Shown here piece after piece: positions 9,454 to 19,352 of a stretch of DNA of 32,000 nt. The first letter of the stretch is position 1, and each line of letters begins with the position of its first letter. A program made the translations under genes and the position numbers. The notes beneath the pieces were generated by a model. The model made no database searches and was not told the origin of the DNA. It worked only from the letters and a program-made list of their open reading frames with translations. The stretch is from Crocosphaera watsonii WH 8501. Its GTDB lineage: Bacteria > Cyanobacteriota > Cyanobacteriia > Cyanobacteriales > Microcystaceae. Location: positions 3,603,845 through 3,635,844 of the forward strand of contig NZ_CP191777.1 of assembly GCF_050563455.1 (NCBI RefSeq), given 5' to 3'.

Positions 9454-10743
9454 TTACATGGTTAAAGATTGAACATTATTTTCTAACAAGTTGGCAAACT
9501 CTTGTAAGAAAGCAGCAGCATCTGAACCATAAATAACCCGATGATCGCAGGTAATATTAACCGCCATTTGACGCTTAACTCCCAATAAAGCATCAGCAGT
9601 TGCTACCACTTGGGGACTGGATGCACCGATCGCTAAAATTGATCCTTGGCCGGGGGGTAAAATAGCATCAAAACGATCTACCCCAAACATTCCCAAGTTA
9701 GAGAGGGTAAAGGTACCGCTACTATATTCTTCTGGTTGTAACTGTTTAGACCGCGCTCTGTCTACTAAATCTTTCCAGGTACGAGACAGGGAATAAATGT
9801 CAATCTTATCGGCGTTTTGTAAGACAGGAGTAATTAAACCACCATCCGGCATAGCAACAGCGATCGCAATATTAATAGACTGAGGATAACGAATACTTTG
9901 CTCACCATAGTTAGCATTTACCACAGGATGTTTTTCCAGGGTAACTGCCACCGCTTTGGCCAATAACGCCGTCATTGTCACCCCTTTCGGTTTCAGTTGC
10001 TTATAGAGTTTATCCAACTCATCGGTGGTGATGGTGTAACCCACATGGAAGGTGGGAACCTGTAGGGTAGCCATCATATTTTGTACCACTGCCTTTTGTA
10101 ACGTATTCAGGGGAACAGTTTCTCCTGCGGTTACCGGGGTAGGAGTAGGTGTAACTGCTACTTTGGGGGTAGGAGTAGTTACAGGGGTTTGAGTAGCAAT
10201 AGCAGGGGGAGTGGGGGTTTTTCCTGCGGCCTTTTCAATATCTTCTGCTACAATTCTGCCGTAAGGTCCACTACCTTCAACGGTATTAAGGGCGATCCCT
10301 AACTGTTTAGCTAACTTTTTAGCCCGAGGGGAGGCAACAATTCTGTTACTTTTCCCGTTGGTTGATGGAGGAGCCGTAACTGTTGCTGTAGCAGTGCTTA
10401 CTGGGGCTGTAGCAGTGGCTAATTCCTCTTTTTGAGGTGGGGACGGTTCAGGAGATTTCTGAGGACTAGAAGGTGATTTTTGTTGAGCTTGGGCAATTTC
10501 TGCCTCTGTTTCTGCGATTAAAGCGATCGCATCTCCCACTGGAGCTTCTTGGCCTGCTTCGACTAAAATAGTAGCTAAATAGCCGTCATAGAAAGATTCT
10601 ACATCCATATCTGCTTTATCTGATTCTACAACCACCACGGTTTCTCCTTTGGAGACTTTATCCCCTGGAGACTTAGTCCAAGAGACAATTTTTCCCTCGG
10701 TCATGGTAGAACTTAATGCAGGCATGAAAATATCGTGAATCAT
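9454..10743 (-). CDS. pdhC: Dihydrolipoamide acetyltransferase (E2) of the pyruvate dehydrogenase complex
   Basis: Lipoyl domain MPALSSTMTEGKIVSWTKSPGDKVSKGETVVVVESDKADMDVE; E3-binding domain NRIVASPRAKKLAKQLGI; catalytic region ...VNITCDHRVIYGSDAAAFL. Confidence 0.93.
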   Translation of the reverse strand: MIHDIFMPALSSTMTEGKIVSWTKSPGDKVSKGETVVVVESDKADMDVESFYDGYLATILVEAGQEAPVGDAIALIAETEAEIAQAQQKSPSSPQKSPEPSPPQKEELATATAPVSTATATVTAPPSTNGKSNRIVASPRAKKLAKQLGIALNTVEGSGPYGRIVAEDIEKAAGKTPTPPAIATQTPVTTPTPKVAVTPTPTPVTAGETVPLNTLQKAVVQNMMATLQVPTFHVGYTITTDELDKLYKQLKPKGVTMTALLAKAVAVTLEKHPVVNANYGEQSIRYPQSINIAIAVAMPDGGLITPVLQNADKIDIYSLSRTWKDLVDRARSKQLQPEEYSSGTFTLSNLGMFGVDRFDAILPPGQGSILAIGASSPQVVATADALLGVKRQMAVNITCDHRVIYGSDAAAFLQEFANLLENNVQSLTM

Positions 10744-11150
10744 AGAGTAACCTTCCCAAATATACTGTTAAATTGTTATTGATGTAATTGCTAATAATAG
10801 CAATGGCAATTTATTCTAAGCATTTTTGCCATTCTATATTGTACCTGAAAAGGGATACTTTAACATTAGTCCGTAGGGCTTAATAATATTAAGCCCCTAC
10901 AGAAGCTAATAAGTTGGTGAATTCAAATTTACCGAAAAAAGTATTTCAAAATCCCCATATTTAGGGTATAAAAATAAAAATTTTCCTGATTATCAATTCT
11001 GATATTATGGGAGCATCCCAAAGTTGTAAATTGTTCTTTATTGATAATAGGTTATAGTTATGAAAATTCACCCCGTCACCCCGTCACCCCGTCCCCCCCC
11101 CTCAAACTTCAAGGATAATTTTTTTGCAAAAATGGAATGCTCCCGATACT

Positions 11151-12080
11151 ATGGTTATTAAATATCGACTCAAAACCTATTCTAATGATTTGTTAATTGC
11201 AGCTTGGGGCAATGAGATTTTAGTTGAGGAAATAGATACTGGAAAAATTTTGGGCTTTTTCATGCCTCCCCAACCTGGAGAAGTTTATCGCACCATTTAT
11301 GAACCGGAAACTATTATTAATTTAGCTGATTTTCCTCAATATAAAGATATCAAATTTTTTTGGCTTTGGCCCTTGGGTTTAGACTCTGATTGGGAAAGTT
11401 ATAATTTTGAAGTAGAAGAAGCTTTAGTTTGGAAAAGTATTGGTAAGTTTAAGGCAGAAGCAGCGAAAGATTGGCGAGATCATGGCTTTTCTGTACAGTT
11501 GGCTCAACAATGGTTTAAAACTACGTCTCGGTTTCATCCCTTAAATGGTAGAATGACTCCTGAGATAGCTAGAAAGTTCACTGATTTAAACTTGACAACC
11601 AATGAAGTTATAGCTTGGTTTCAATCAGGTTTAAAACCGAAAGATATTGATATCAATGCCGTTGAAAATTTAGTTAACTACGGACTCAATAGTAATGAGA
11701 TTCAAAAATGGATTAGCTATAGTGTTCCTTTAGCAGACATTCTAACTTGGATTAATCTTAATGTTGTTCCTAAACAAGCAGAAGATTGGTATAAATATAA
11801 GTTTATTTTATCAGAAGCAATTCCTTGGCATGAAATAGGTATTACAGCAGGAGAAGCTGCGATGTGGAAAGGGTTAAATATGACCGTTGCCACCGTTAAA
11901 AAATGGGGATACTTAGGCTTTTCTGCTATCTTTACTCAGGACTTTAAAAAACCAGAAATGGATATGGAAAAAGAAGTTAAGCTTTGGTTAAAAACAGGTT
12001 TAGATTTTAAGAAAATTAAGCGCTTAATCAAAAAGGGTTATAGTGCAGAAAAGGCTTATCAGGAGAGAAAAAAAGAATAG
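11151..12080 (+). CDS. Hypothetical protein, tryptophan-rich with helical repeat-like units; ORF track starts at 11124
   Basis: Long ORF. MVIKYRLKTYSNDLLIAAWGNE is a plausible start. Recurrent units such as EVIAWFQSGLKPKDI, EIQKWISYSVPLADI and KVKLW-type segments. Confidence 0.6.
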   Translation: MVIKYRLKTYSNDLLIAAWGNEILVEEIDTGKILGFFMPPQPGEVYRTIYEPETIINLADFPQYKDIKFFWLWPLGLDSDWESYNFEVEEALVWKSIGKFKAEAAKDWRDHGFSVQLAQQWFKTTSRFHPLNGRMTPEIARKFTDLNLTTNEVIAWFQSGLKPKDIDINAVENLVNYGLNSNEIQKWISYSVPLADILTWINLNVVPKQAEDWYKYKFILSEAIPWHEIGITAGEAAMWKGLNMTVATVKKWGYLGFSAIFTQDFKKPEMDMEKEVKLWLKTGLDFKKIKRLIKKGYSAEKAYQERKKE

Positions 12081-12869
12081 ATTTTACTTAATATATAAAC
12101 CCGATCTTCATTGATTTTTAAGGACTCCTTAAATTAATCTTAAAACTAAGTTCAAGATTAAGAATATTGTTAAAAAAAAGTTAATAAATTGTTAAAAAAA
12201 TAGACATATTGTGGGTCATGGTATGGAGTATAGTTTGGAGAGTGAGAGATATTTCCAGAAAAAGTTTTCCAACCAATTAACAATAATCAAGGAGCCACAT
12301 GAAAATCTTTAAGGTTCTTCGAGTTACAGTGATTAAGGTCAGCGAATCACCCCTAACCTTATCTATTCAAGCAGAGGGTCTTGCAGCAACATCAGGATGG
12401 ACAAATCCTCGTTTAGATAACTCCGCCGATCCTAACCCTGATGATTCTATCTTGGAATTTAACTTTGATGCAGATAGACCATCAGGCATTTCCTTACCTC
12501 AGTTAACGCCTATTATGGCTACTGTTGATTTTGAGCCAAGTAACGGGGCCGATGCAGTAATCGTATCCGCTAGGATCAACAGCATTACTGTTCACGCAGG
12601 AGAATTTTTGAATCCTGGTGATAGTCCTGCACAACCCACTACCTTAGCATTCGGAGAAGAAGATCCAGGACCCACAACTCGTGCATTGGGAGAAGAAGGT
12701 CCAAGTCCAGACTTTACCACTCAAGCATTCGGAGAGGAAGAACCTTCTAGTCGTGCATTAGGAGAGGAAGGTCCACCTCAACCTCCTCAACCCACTACCT
12801 ACGCATTCGGAGAAGAAGAAGATCCTAGAGTTACTACCCTCGCATTAGGAGAAGAAGGTGAACCTACTA

Positions 12870-14247
12870 GTGCAGCTTGGCGAAAGTAATCCACCAGATT
12901 TTTACAGAAACTTTCGTGACTAGCCACGACAATGTGTTTCAATGAAACTAACGGAAGAATCTCGAAGTTGATGTCCATGATAAAAGCATTGCCAATTAAC
13001 CTCTCCAACCTACAGAAAACAGTACTCCAACAAATAGTGAGAGGGACAACAAACCCCTATCGCCTTGTTAGACGAGCCAAGCTAATCTTAGCCGCAGCAT
13101 CAGGAGAGAGCAATAGTTCGATTAGTCGAAGATTAGAATTAGACCGAGTACAAGTGCGTCAGTGGCGATCGCGATGGTTTGAGGAGAGAGAAAAACTGAG
13201 TGCCGCCGAAGAACAACAGGTAACGGAGAAAGCATTAATGGTCTTGATCAAAGGAATTTTAAGCGATCGCCCAAGACCTGGAACAACAAAATCCTTTACG
13301 GTCGAACAAGTAGTCCAGATTGTAGAGATCGCTTGTGAAGAATGTGAAAAATCAGACAGACCAGTGAGCCATTGGACACCTTCAGAGTTGGCGGATGAAG
13401 CCATAAAAAGAGGAATTGTCGAAAAGATTTCCCCCCGTAGTGTGGGGCGTTTTTTAAAAAGAAGCGACATTACAACCACATCTCGTTCGTTACTGGTTAA
13501 ATGCCAAAATTGATGATCCCTTAAAATTTAAAAAGCAAGTCAAATATATCTGTGAACTTCATCAAGAAGCTAAAACTTTGTTAGAACAAGGAATTCATTT
13601 AATTAGTACAGATGAAATGACAGGGATTCAAGCTCTTGAGAGATTATTTCCGAACAAAAGAATCAAGCCTAAACAAGTAGAAAAAATCGAATTTGAATAT
13701 GAAAGACACGGAACTTTAAGCTTGATTGCGAACTGGGATGTGGCAAGAGGAAAAGTTGTTAGTCCCTCTATTGGACCGACAAGAACAGAACAAGATTTTT
13801 CTGAACATATCCAGAGAACGATTAAGATTGATGAAAAAGCAGAATGGATTTTTATTGTAGATAAACTCAACACTCATAAATCGGAAAGCTTAGTCAAATT
13901 AGTAGCAGAAAGCTGTGGAATTACTATTGATTTGGGGAGAAAAGGAAAGGAGGGGATTTTGCAATCTATGGACAGCAGAGCAGATTTTTTATCAGATGAA
14001 TCTCATCGAATTCGCTTTGTTTATATTCCCAAACATACATCGTGGCTTAATCAAATTGAGTGTTGGTTTTCGATCTTAGTCCGGCGTTTACTCAAAAGAA
14101 TTACTGTCCGTTCAACTGAAGAACTATCCCAAAAAATTCTCAATTTTATTGATTACTTTAATCAACATTTTGCTAAGCCGTTCGTTTGGAAATTTAAGGG
14201 CTTTAAAGATCATAAGTAACTGGTGGATTATTTTTGCTAAGCTGCAC
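12870..14247 (+). mobile_element. IS630-like (Tc1/mariner superfamily) element, 1378 bp, with TA target duplication
   Basis: Ends GTGCAGCTTGGCGAAAGTAATCCACCAG and CTGGTGGATTATTTTTGCTAAGCTGCAC are imperfect inverted repeats. TA at 12868-12869 and 14248-14249. Confidence 0.9.
12932..14219 (+). CDS. IS630-family transposase in two frames (12932-13513 and from about 13460 to 14219)
   Basis: N-terminal HTH (RRAKLILAAASGESNSSISRRLELDRVQVRQWR). DDE part has STDEMTGIQAL, IVDKLNTHKS and YIPKHTSWLNQIECWF. Frame change near TTTTTTAAAAAG at 13450-13461. Confidence 0.85.
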
Positions 14248-14475
14248 TAGTCGTGCATTAGGAGAGGAAGGTCCACCTCAACCTCCTCAACCCACAACTC
14301 GTGCAGTAGGAGAAGAAGAACCTCAATTTACTACCTACGCATTGGGAGAGGAAGAACCCTCTACTCGTGCAGCGGGAGAAGAAAGTCAACCCACAACTCG
14401 TGCAGTAGGGGAAGAACAACCTGAATTTACTACTTTAGCCATAGGAGAAGAAAGTTCTCCCTTTGGACGGTATTA

Positions 14476-15384
14476 ATGGTTGATTTAGATCCCAGCAAAA
14501 CCTTGGTGATAGCAGGTGGCCACTCAGATCCTAATTTGGGTCAATTGGTGGCCACTGCTCAACAAGCTGGTATTGTGGTGCAAGACCTTCGCCACGGTGT
14601 CAAAGATAGTCCTCCCCTATCTTGGCAAGTTAATCAAGGTTCTCTCAAGGTCAATAATCAAGAAATCAAGCCTTATGGTGCGTTCATTCGTTATGATGTT
14701 TTTGCCGGGATGGAGGACTCTCGGCCAGAGGTAGCAAAACGGGCCATGGGTTGGTATCAAACCCTGCAAGGATGGTTATTATCTGACCCGAAGATTAGAC
14801 TATTTAATCGTCATCAATCTCCCATGGGTGGCAATAAAGGTGCTACTTTGGTACTGGCACAACAATGCGGTTTAGAGATTCCTCAAACCATGATTACCAA
14901 CGAAGAAGCATCTTTACGGCAATATACTCCAGGAACAGCGATCGCTAAACCGGTGGCCGGTGGGGATTATTGTTATGGGTTAGAAGAACTTTTAAACGGG
15001 GTTGAGTTTCGTTCAGGTTGTGCTGCTAATCTTGCTATTGTCCAAAATAGACTGGTATCTCCAGAAATTAGGATTTATATTGTGGGTAATCAAGCATTGG
15101 CTTTTGAAATGCGCAGTAATTCCCTTGATTATCGAGTTAAACAAGATGCAGAGGTGATCTTTTTAGGGGAGGTTCCCTCAGAGGTGGAATCATTACGGGT
15201 TCTCACGGCTAAACTGAATATGGATTTTGGGGCCGCTGATTTTAAGAGTGATCCACAAACAGGAAAATTGGTTTTCCTCGAACTGAATACCTCTCCCATG
15301 TTTGCTCGTTTTAATCAAGTGTCTCAAGGTGCATTATGTACGGCAATGTTAAAGACACTATTGTCAATCGAAGGTAATGATTGA
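14476..15384 (+). CDS. ATP-grasp peptide ligase, probable graspetide macrocyclase
   Basis: RHQSPMGGNKGATLVLAQQCGLEIPQTMITN, GTAIAKPVAGGDY, PEIRIYIVGNQALAFEMRS, MDFGAADFKSDPQTGKLVFLELNTSPMFARFN. Its ATG overlaps the precursor stop (TAATG). Confidence 0.85.
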   Translation: MVDLDPSKTLVIAGGHSDPNLGQLVATAQQAGIVVQDLRHGVKDSPPLSWQVNQGSLKVNNQEIKPYGAFIRYDVFAGMEDSRPEVAKRAMGWYQTLQGWLLSDPKIRLFNRHQSPMGGNKGATLVLAQQCGLEIPQTMITNEEASLRQYTPGTAIAKPVAGGDYCYGLEELLNGVEFRSGCAANLAIVQNRLVSPEIRIYIVGNQALAFEMRSNSLDYRVKQDAEVIFLGEVPSEVESLRVLTAKLNMDFGAADFKSDPQTGKLVFLELNTSPMFARFNQVSQGALCTAMLKTLLSIEGND

Positions 15385-15883
15385 TTTAAGGAAAGCAGTC
15401 TATTACGAATATATTGATGATGGTGTGGTTGAAATTTTCGACAAATATAAATGGGGACTGAGACGGTTAGGGGTTAACTTTTCTCAAGAATTATTAGAAA
15501 CTATCGTCTATTGTTCCCGAAATTTAGAGAATACGTTAATGGCATTTTGTTCTTGGGTTTTATGGTTAAAAAGTCGAGGAGAAAAACCCAATTCTGATAT
15601 TTTATCGGAAACATTAATCAACGCCTTAAAATCTGAGATTGGTTGGATACCTTACGATTATCAAAAGGACTTTTTACAGCAAAATCTAGACATTTTAGAA
15701 AGTCCTCAAGTTTCTTTATGGAAAACAGCAGAGAAAGAGTTAGGAGCAAGTTTAAGAAACCGAGTTATTGCTGATATCTCTGAAGAAGGTGAGCTTATTT
15801 TTAAAGTAAATGTTTTATTAACAGATGACGAAAGGGAAAAAATTGAACGGTTTAAAATTTATATTGACCAATTATTTTTATAG
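15377..15883 (+). CDS. Hypothetical protein, third gene of the putative graspetide operon
   Basis: 168-aa ORF with an 8-bp overlap with the ATP-grasp gene (...AATGATTGA). Confidence 0.6.
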   Translation: MIDLRKAVYYEYIDDGVVEIFDKYKWGLRRLGVNFSQELLETIVYCSRNLENTLMAFCSWVLWLKSRGEKPNSDILSETLINALKSEIGWIPYDYQKDFLQQNLDILESPQVSLWKTAEKELGASLRNRVIADISEEGELIFKVNVLLTDDEREKIERFKIYIDQLFL

Positions 15884-16043
15884 GTTCTATCCTTAAATAG
15901 GTAAATGAATGGTCCTAATAGCCCTAATTGTAATTATTATCTTTCTCCCAATAATATAACATTTTCATTTTAGTTGCGTAACATTAAATTTTAGTCAATA
16001 CAAATTGCTATAAAATAAAACATAGTCCTAGAAACTATCAATA

Positions 16044-16685
16044 ATGATTACCATTGCATTACCCAAAGGGGCATTATTATCAGATTCCATTGAACTATTT
16101 AAAGGCATTGGCTTAGATTTTAGTGCCTTTTTAGACTCCAAAAACCGTCAATTACAAATAACAGATCCTACAAATACCGCCCAAGGACTCTTAGTTAGAG
16201 CCACCGATGTACCTGTTTACGTGGAATACGGACAAGCACAACTAGGCATAGTAGGCTACGATTTGCTACTAGAAAAAAGCCCAGAAGTTGCCCATCTAGG
16301 GGACTTAAACTTTGGCGGTTGCCGGATGTCCGTAGCTGTTCCCAAAACCAGTCCCTACCAAAACCCCAGAGAATTACCCCCCAATAGCAAGATTGCCTCA
16401 AAATTTGTAAACTGTGCTAAAACTTATTTTCAACAGCTAGACCTACCGGTAGAGATAATACCCCTTTATGGTTCGGTTGAACTCGGTCCAATTACTGGAA
16501 TGTCAGAGGCGATCGTTGACTTAGTTTCCACAGGGCGTACCCTCAAAGAGAATGGACTGGTGGAGGTGGATACCCTATTCCAAAGTACGGCTCGCCTCAT
16601 TGCCCATCCCCTTAGTTATCGGTTAAATTTAGATCATCTTAATGATTTGAGCGAACAAATCAAAAATTCTGTGTCAAAATCATAA
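16044..16685 (+). CDS. hisG: ATP phosphoribosyltransferase, short form
   Basis: [25 protein letters not shown]...[27 protein letters not shown]...[27 protein letters not shown]. Confidence 0.95.
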   Translation: MITIALPKGALLSDSIELFKGIGLDFSAFLDSKNRQLQITDPTNTAQGLLVRATDVPVYVEYGQAQLGIVGYDLLLEKSPEVAHLGDLNFGGCRMSVAVPKTSPYQNPRELPPNSKIASKFVNCAKTYFQQLDLPVEIIPLYGSVELGPITGMSEAIVDLVSTGRTLKENGLVEVDTLFQSTARLIAHPLSYRLNLDHLNDLSEQIKNSVSKS

Positions 16686-16856
16686 AAACAATAGACCCTA
16701 AAATATTATTAATGGAGGAATGACCACCAAAAAAATCAAGAACAAATCGAACAACAGTAGTTAATGCTACAAAATTCAACATTAGTAATATCGACAAAAA
16801 AGCTGTGCTAAAATCAGCTAACAAGGGCAAGTAACAGGTGATGGATTAATAAAGAT

Positions 16857-19328
16857 ATGTTTGAACGCTTTACAGAAAAAGCCATCAAGGTAATAATGCT
16901 GGCGCAAGAGGAAGCTCGTCGCCTCGGGCATAACTTCGTCGGGACAGAACAAATTCTTCTTGGCCTCATCGGTGAAGGTACCGGAGTCGCCGCCAAAGTT
17001 CTCAAATCAATGGGGGTTAACCTCAAAGACGCTCGCATTGAAGTTGAGAAAATCATTGGTCGGGGTTCAGGTTTCGTCGCTGTGGAAATTCCTTTTACCC
17101 CAAGAGCAAAACGAGTGCTGGAACTCTCCTTAGAGGAAGCCAGACAGTTAGGACACAACTATATCGGTACTGAACACCTTCTCTTAGGTCTAATTAGAGA
17201 AGGGGAAGGGGTGGCCGCTAGGGTTCTCGAAAACCTCGGTGTTAACCTCTCCAAAGTCAGAACCCAAGTTATTCGTCAGTTAGGTGAAACCGCAGAGGTT
17301 GCCGCCGGTGGTGGTACACCAGGACGCACAAAAACCCCCACTCTCGATGAATTCGGTTCCAACTTAACCCAGTTAGCCGGTGAGGGTCAACTCGACCCCG
17401 TAGTTGGACGACAAAAAGAAATCGAGCGTGTGATCCAAATTCTCGGTCGTCGTACCAAAAATAACCCCGTTCTCATCGGTGAACCCGGTGTGGGTAAAAC
17501 AGCGATCGCAGAAGGGTTAGCTCAACGCATCGCTAACAAAGATATTCCCGACATTCTCGAAGAAAAACGAGTCGTTACCCTCGATATCGGTTTATTGGTC
17601 GCCGGAACCAAATACCGTGGGGAATTTGAAGAACGTCTCAAGAAAATTATGGACGAAATTCGTCAAGCTGGAAACGTTATCCTAGTTATTGACGAAGTTC
17701 ATACCCTCATCGGTGCTGGTGCTGCTGAAGGGGCCATCGACGCTGCTAATATCCTCAAACCTGCTCTAGCACGGGGCGAATTACAATGTATTGGGGCAAC
17801 CACCCTCGATGAGTACCGTAAGCACATCGAACGGGATGCAGCCCTAGAACGTCGTTTCCAACCCGTAATGGTGGGTGAACCCTCCGTTGATGAAACCGTA
17901 GAAATTCTCTTTGGACTACGGGAACGCTACGAGCAGCATCATAAGCTAAAAATCTTAGATGAAGCTTTAGATGCAGCAGCGAAACTTTCTGATCGCTATA
18001 TTTCTGACCGTTATCTTCCTGATAAGGCCATCGATCTTATCGATGAAGCAGGATCACGGGTTCGCTTAATTAACTCTCAACTGCCTCCTGCGGCCAAGGA
18101 ATTAGACAAAGAACTACGCACTATCTTGAAGCAAAAAGATGACGCAGTTCGCTCCCAAGACTTCGATCGCGCTGGAGAATTGCGGGATCAAGAAATGGAT
18201 ATTAAAGAGCAAATTCGCTCTATTTCCACCGCTAAGAAAGGAGAAGGAGACAGCGCAGAACCCTTTGTGGATGCTGAAGAAATCGCCCAAATCGTGGCTT
18301 CTTGGACTGGTGTTCCTGTGAACAAGTTGACGGAAACAGAATCCGAAAAACTTCTCCACATGGAAGATACTTTACATCAACGCTTGATCGGTCAAGAGGA
18401 CGCAGTTAAAGCTGTTTCTCGGGCTATTCGTCGGGCAAGAGTAGGCTTAAAGAACCCCAACCGTCCTATTGCTAGTTTCGTCTTCTCTGGACCTACTGGT
18501 GTGGGTAAAACCGAGTTAACCAAGTCCTTAGCAGCGTACTTCTTCGGGTCAGAAGAAGCCATGATTCGTCTGGATATGTCCGAATACATGGAACGTCATA
18601 CGGTTTCTAAGTTGATCGGTTCTCCTCCAGGATATGTGGGTTATAACGAAGGGGGACAACTCACGGAAGCTGTTCGTCGTCGTCCCTATACCGTTGTTTT
18701 ATTCGATGAAATCGAAAAAGCACACCCCGATGTCTTCAATATGCTGCTACAAATCTTAGAAGACGGTCGTTTAACCGACGCTAAGGGACGTACAGTGGAC
18801 TTTAAGAACACCTTATTAATCATGACCTCTAACATCGGTTCCAAGGTCATTGAGAAGGGTGGCGGTGGCCTCGGATTTGAGTTTGAAGACGACCAAAATG
18901 AGGCACAGTACAACCGTATACGTAACCTAGTTAACGAAGAATTGAAGCAATACTTCAGACCTGAGTTCCTCAACCGTTTAGATGAGATTATCGTCTTCCG
19001 TCAGTTGAACAAAGAAGAAGTCAAGGAGATTTCCGAAATTCTTCTCAAGGAAGTATTTGCACGTTTAACCGAGAAAGAGATTACTCTACAAGTTACCGAT
19101 AAATTCAAGGAACGCTTGGTAGAAGAAGGGTATAACCCTGCTTACGGTGCAAGGCCGTTACGTCGTGCTATTATGCGTCTCTTAGAGGATGTCTTAGCAG
19201 AGGAAATTCTTTCCGGACGAGTTGGCGAAGGCGATGTCGCTGTAGTTGATATCGGCGAAGATGGCAAAGTTCAAGTGGTTTCTAATGAGAAACAACAACC
19301 AGTTTTAGCTAAAGCTACCGACTCGTAA
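16857..19328 (+). CDS. clpC: ATP-dependent Clp protease ATP-binding subunit ClpC
   Basis: Clp N domain ([38 protein letters not shown]), two Walker A motifs ([18 protein letters not shown]), UVR region. Confidence 0.97.
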   Translation: MFERFTEKAIKVIMLAQEEARRLGHNFVGTEQILLGLIGEGTGVAAKVLKSMGVNLKDARIEVEKIIGRGSGFVAVEIPFTPRAKRVLELSLEEARQLGHNYIGTEHLLLGLIREGEGVAARVLENLGVNLSKVRTQVIRQLGETAEVAAGGGTPGRTKTPTLDEFGSNLTQLAGEGQLDPVVGRQKEIERVIQILGRRTKNNPVLIGEPGVGKTAIAEGLAQRIANKDIPDILEEKRVVTLDIGLLVAGTKYRGEFEERLKKIMDEIRQAGNVILVIDEVHTLIGAGAAEGAIDAANILKPALARGELQCIGATTLDEYRKHIERDAALERRFQPVMVGEPSVDETVEILFGLRERYEQHHKLKILDEALDAAAKLSDRYISDRYLPDKAIDLIDEAGSRVRLINSQLPPAAKELDKELRTILKQKDDAVRSQDFDRAGELRDQEMDIKEQIRSISTAKKGEGDSAEPFVDAEEIAQIVASWTGVPVNKLTETESEKLLHMEDTLHQRLIGQEDAVKAVSRAIRRARVGLKNPNRPIASFVFSGPTGVGKTELTKSLAAYFFGSEEAMIRLDMSEYMERHTVSKLIGSPPGYVGYNEGGQLTEAVRRRPYTVVLFDEIEKAHPDVFNMLLQILEDGRLTDAKGRTVDFKNTLLIMTSNIGSKVIEKGGGGLGFEFEDDQNEAQYNRIRNLVNEELKQYFRPEFLNRLDEIIVFRQLNKEEVKEISEILLKEVFARLTEKEITLQVTDKFKERLVEEGYNPAYGARPLRRAIMRLLEDVLAEEILSGRVGEGDVAVVDIGEDGKVQVVSNEKQQPVLAKATDS

Positions 19329-19352
19329 TTATTCAGATTTAACCCTCAAGCA

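Larger units (their letters stand above)
12638..14464 (+). repeat. Array of 12 core-encoding repeats, interrupted by the IS630-like element
   Basis: Consensus [TS][TS]xAxGEE separated by 2-8 aa acidic/Pro/Gln-rich linkers. Includes a 49-bp exact direct repeat at 12747-12795 and 14247-14295. Confidence 0.85.
12299..14476 (+). pseudogene. Multi-core graspetide (TTxxxxEE, plesiocin-like) precursor split by an IS630-like element; coding parts 12299-12869 and 14250-14476
   Basis: Joined ORF of 265 aa with cores TTLAFGEE, TTRALGEE, TTQAFGEE, SSRALGEE, TTYAFGEE, TTLALGEE, TSRALGEE, TTRAVGEE, TTYALGEE, STRAAGEE, TTRAVGEE, TTLAIGEE. RBS-like AGGAG before the ATG. ATP-grasp gene immediately downstream. 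Confidence 0.85.

Noticed and set aside
12638-12853. Core repeats considered as a CRISPR-like array or VNTR surface protein
   Set aside because: No conserved repeat/spacer structure of CRISPR length. The repeats are in frame, encode TTxAxGEE motifs and adjoin an ATP-grasp gene, which fits a RiPP precursor better.
12799-13008. 69-aa minus-strand ORF with VVTLGSSSSPNA repeats
   Set aside because: It is the antisense reading of the core-repeat DNA, so the repeat is explained by the graspetide array.
15884-16043. Intergenic gap between the graspetide operon and hisG, checked for a small precursor or transporter fragment
   Set aside because: AT-rich sequence with no supportable ORF or strong structure.
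16814-18973. Antisense ORFs over clpC (16814-17158, 18114-18359, 18392-18589, 18686-18973) and 18139-18321
   Set aside because: They overlap one of the best-supported genes in the window and have no independent coding evidence.
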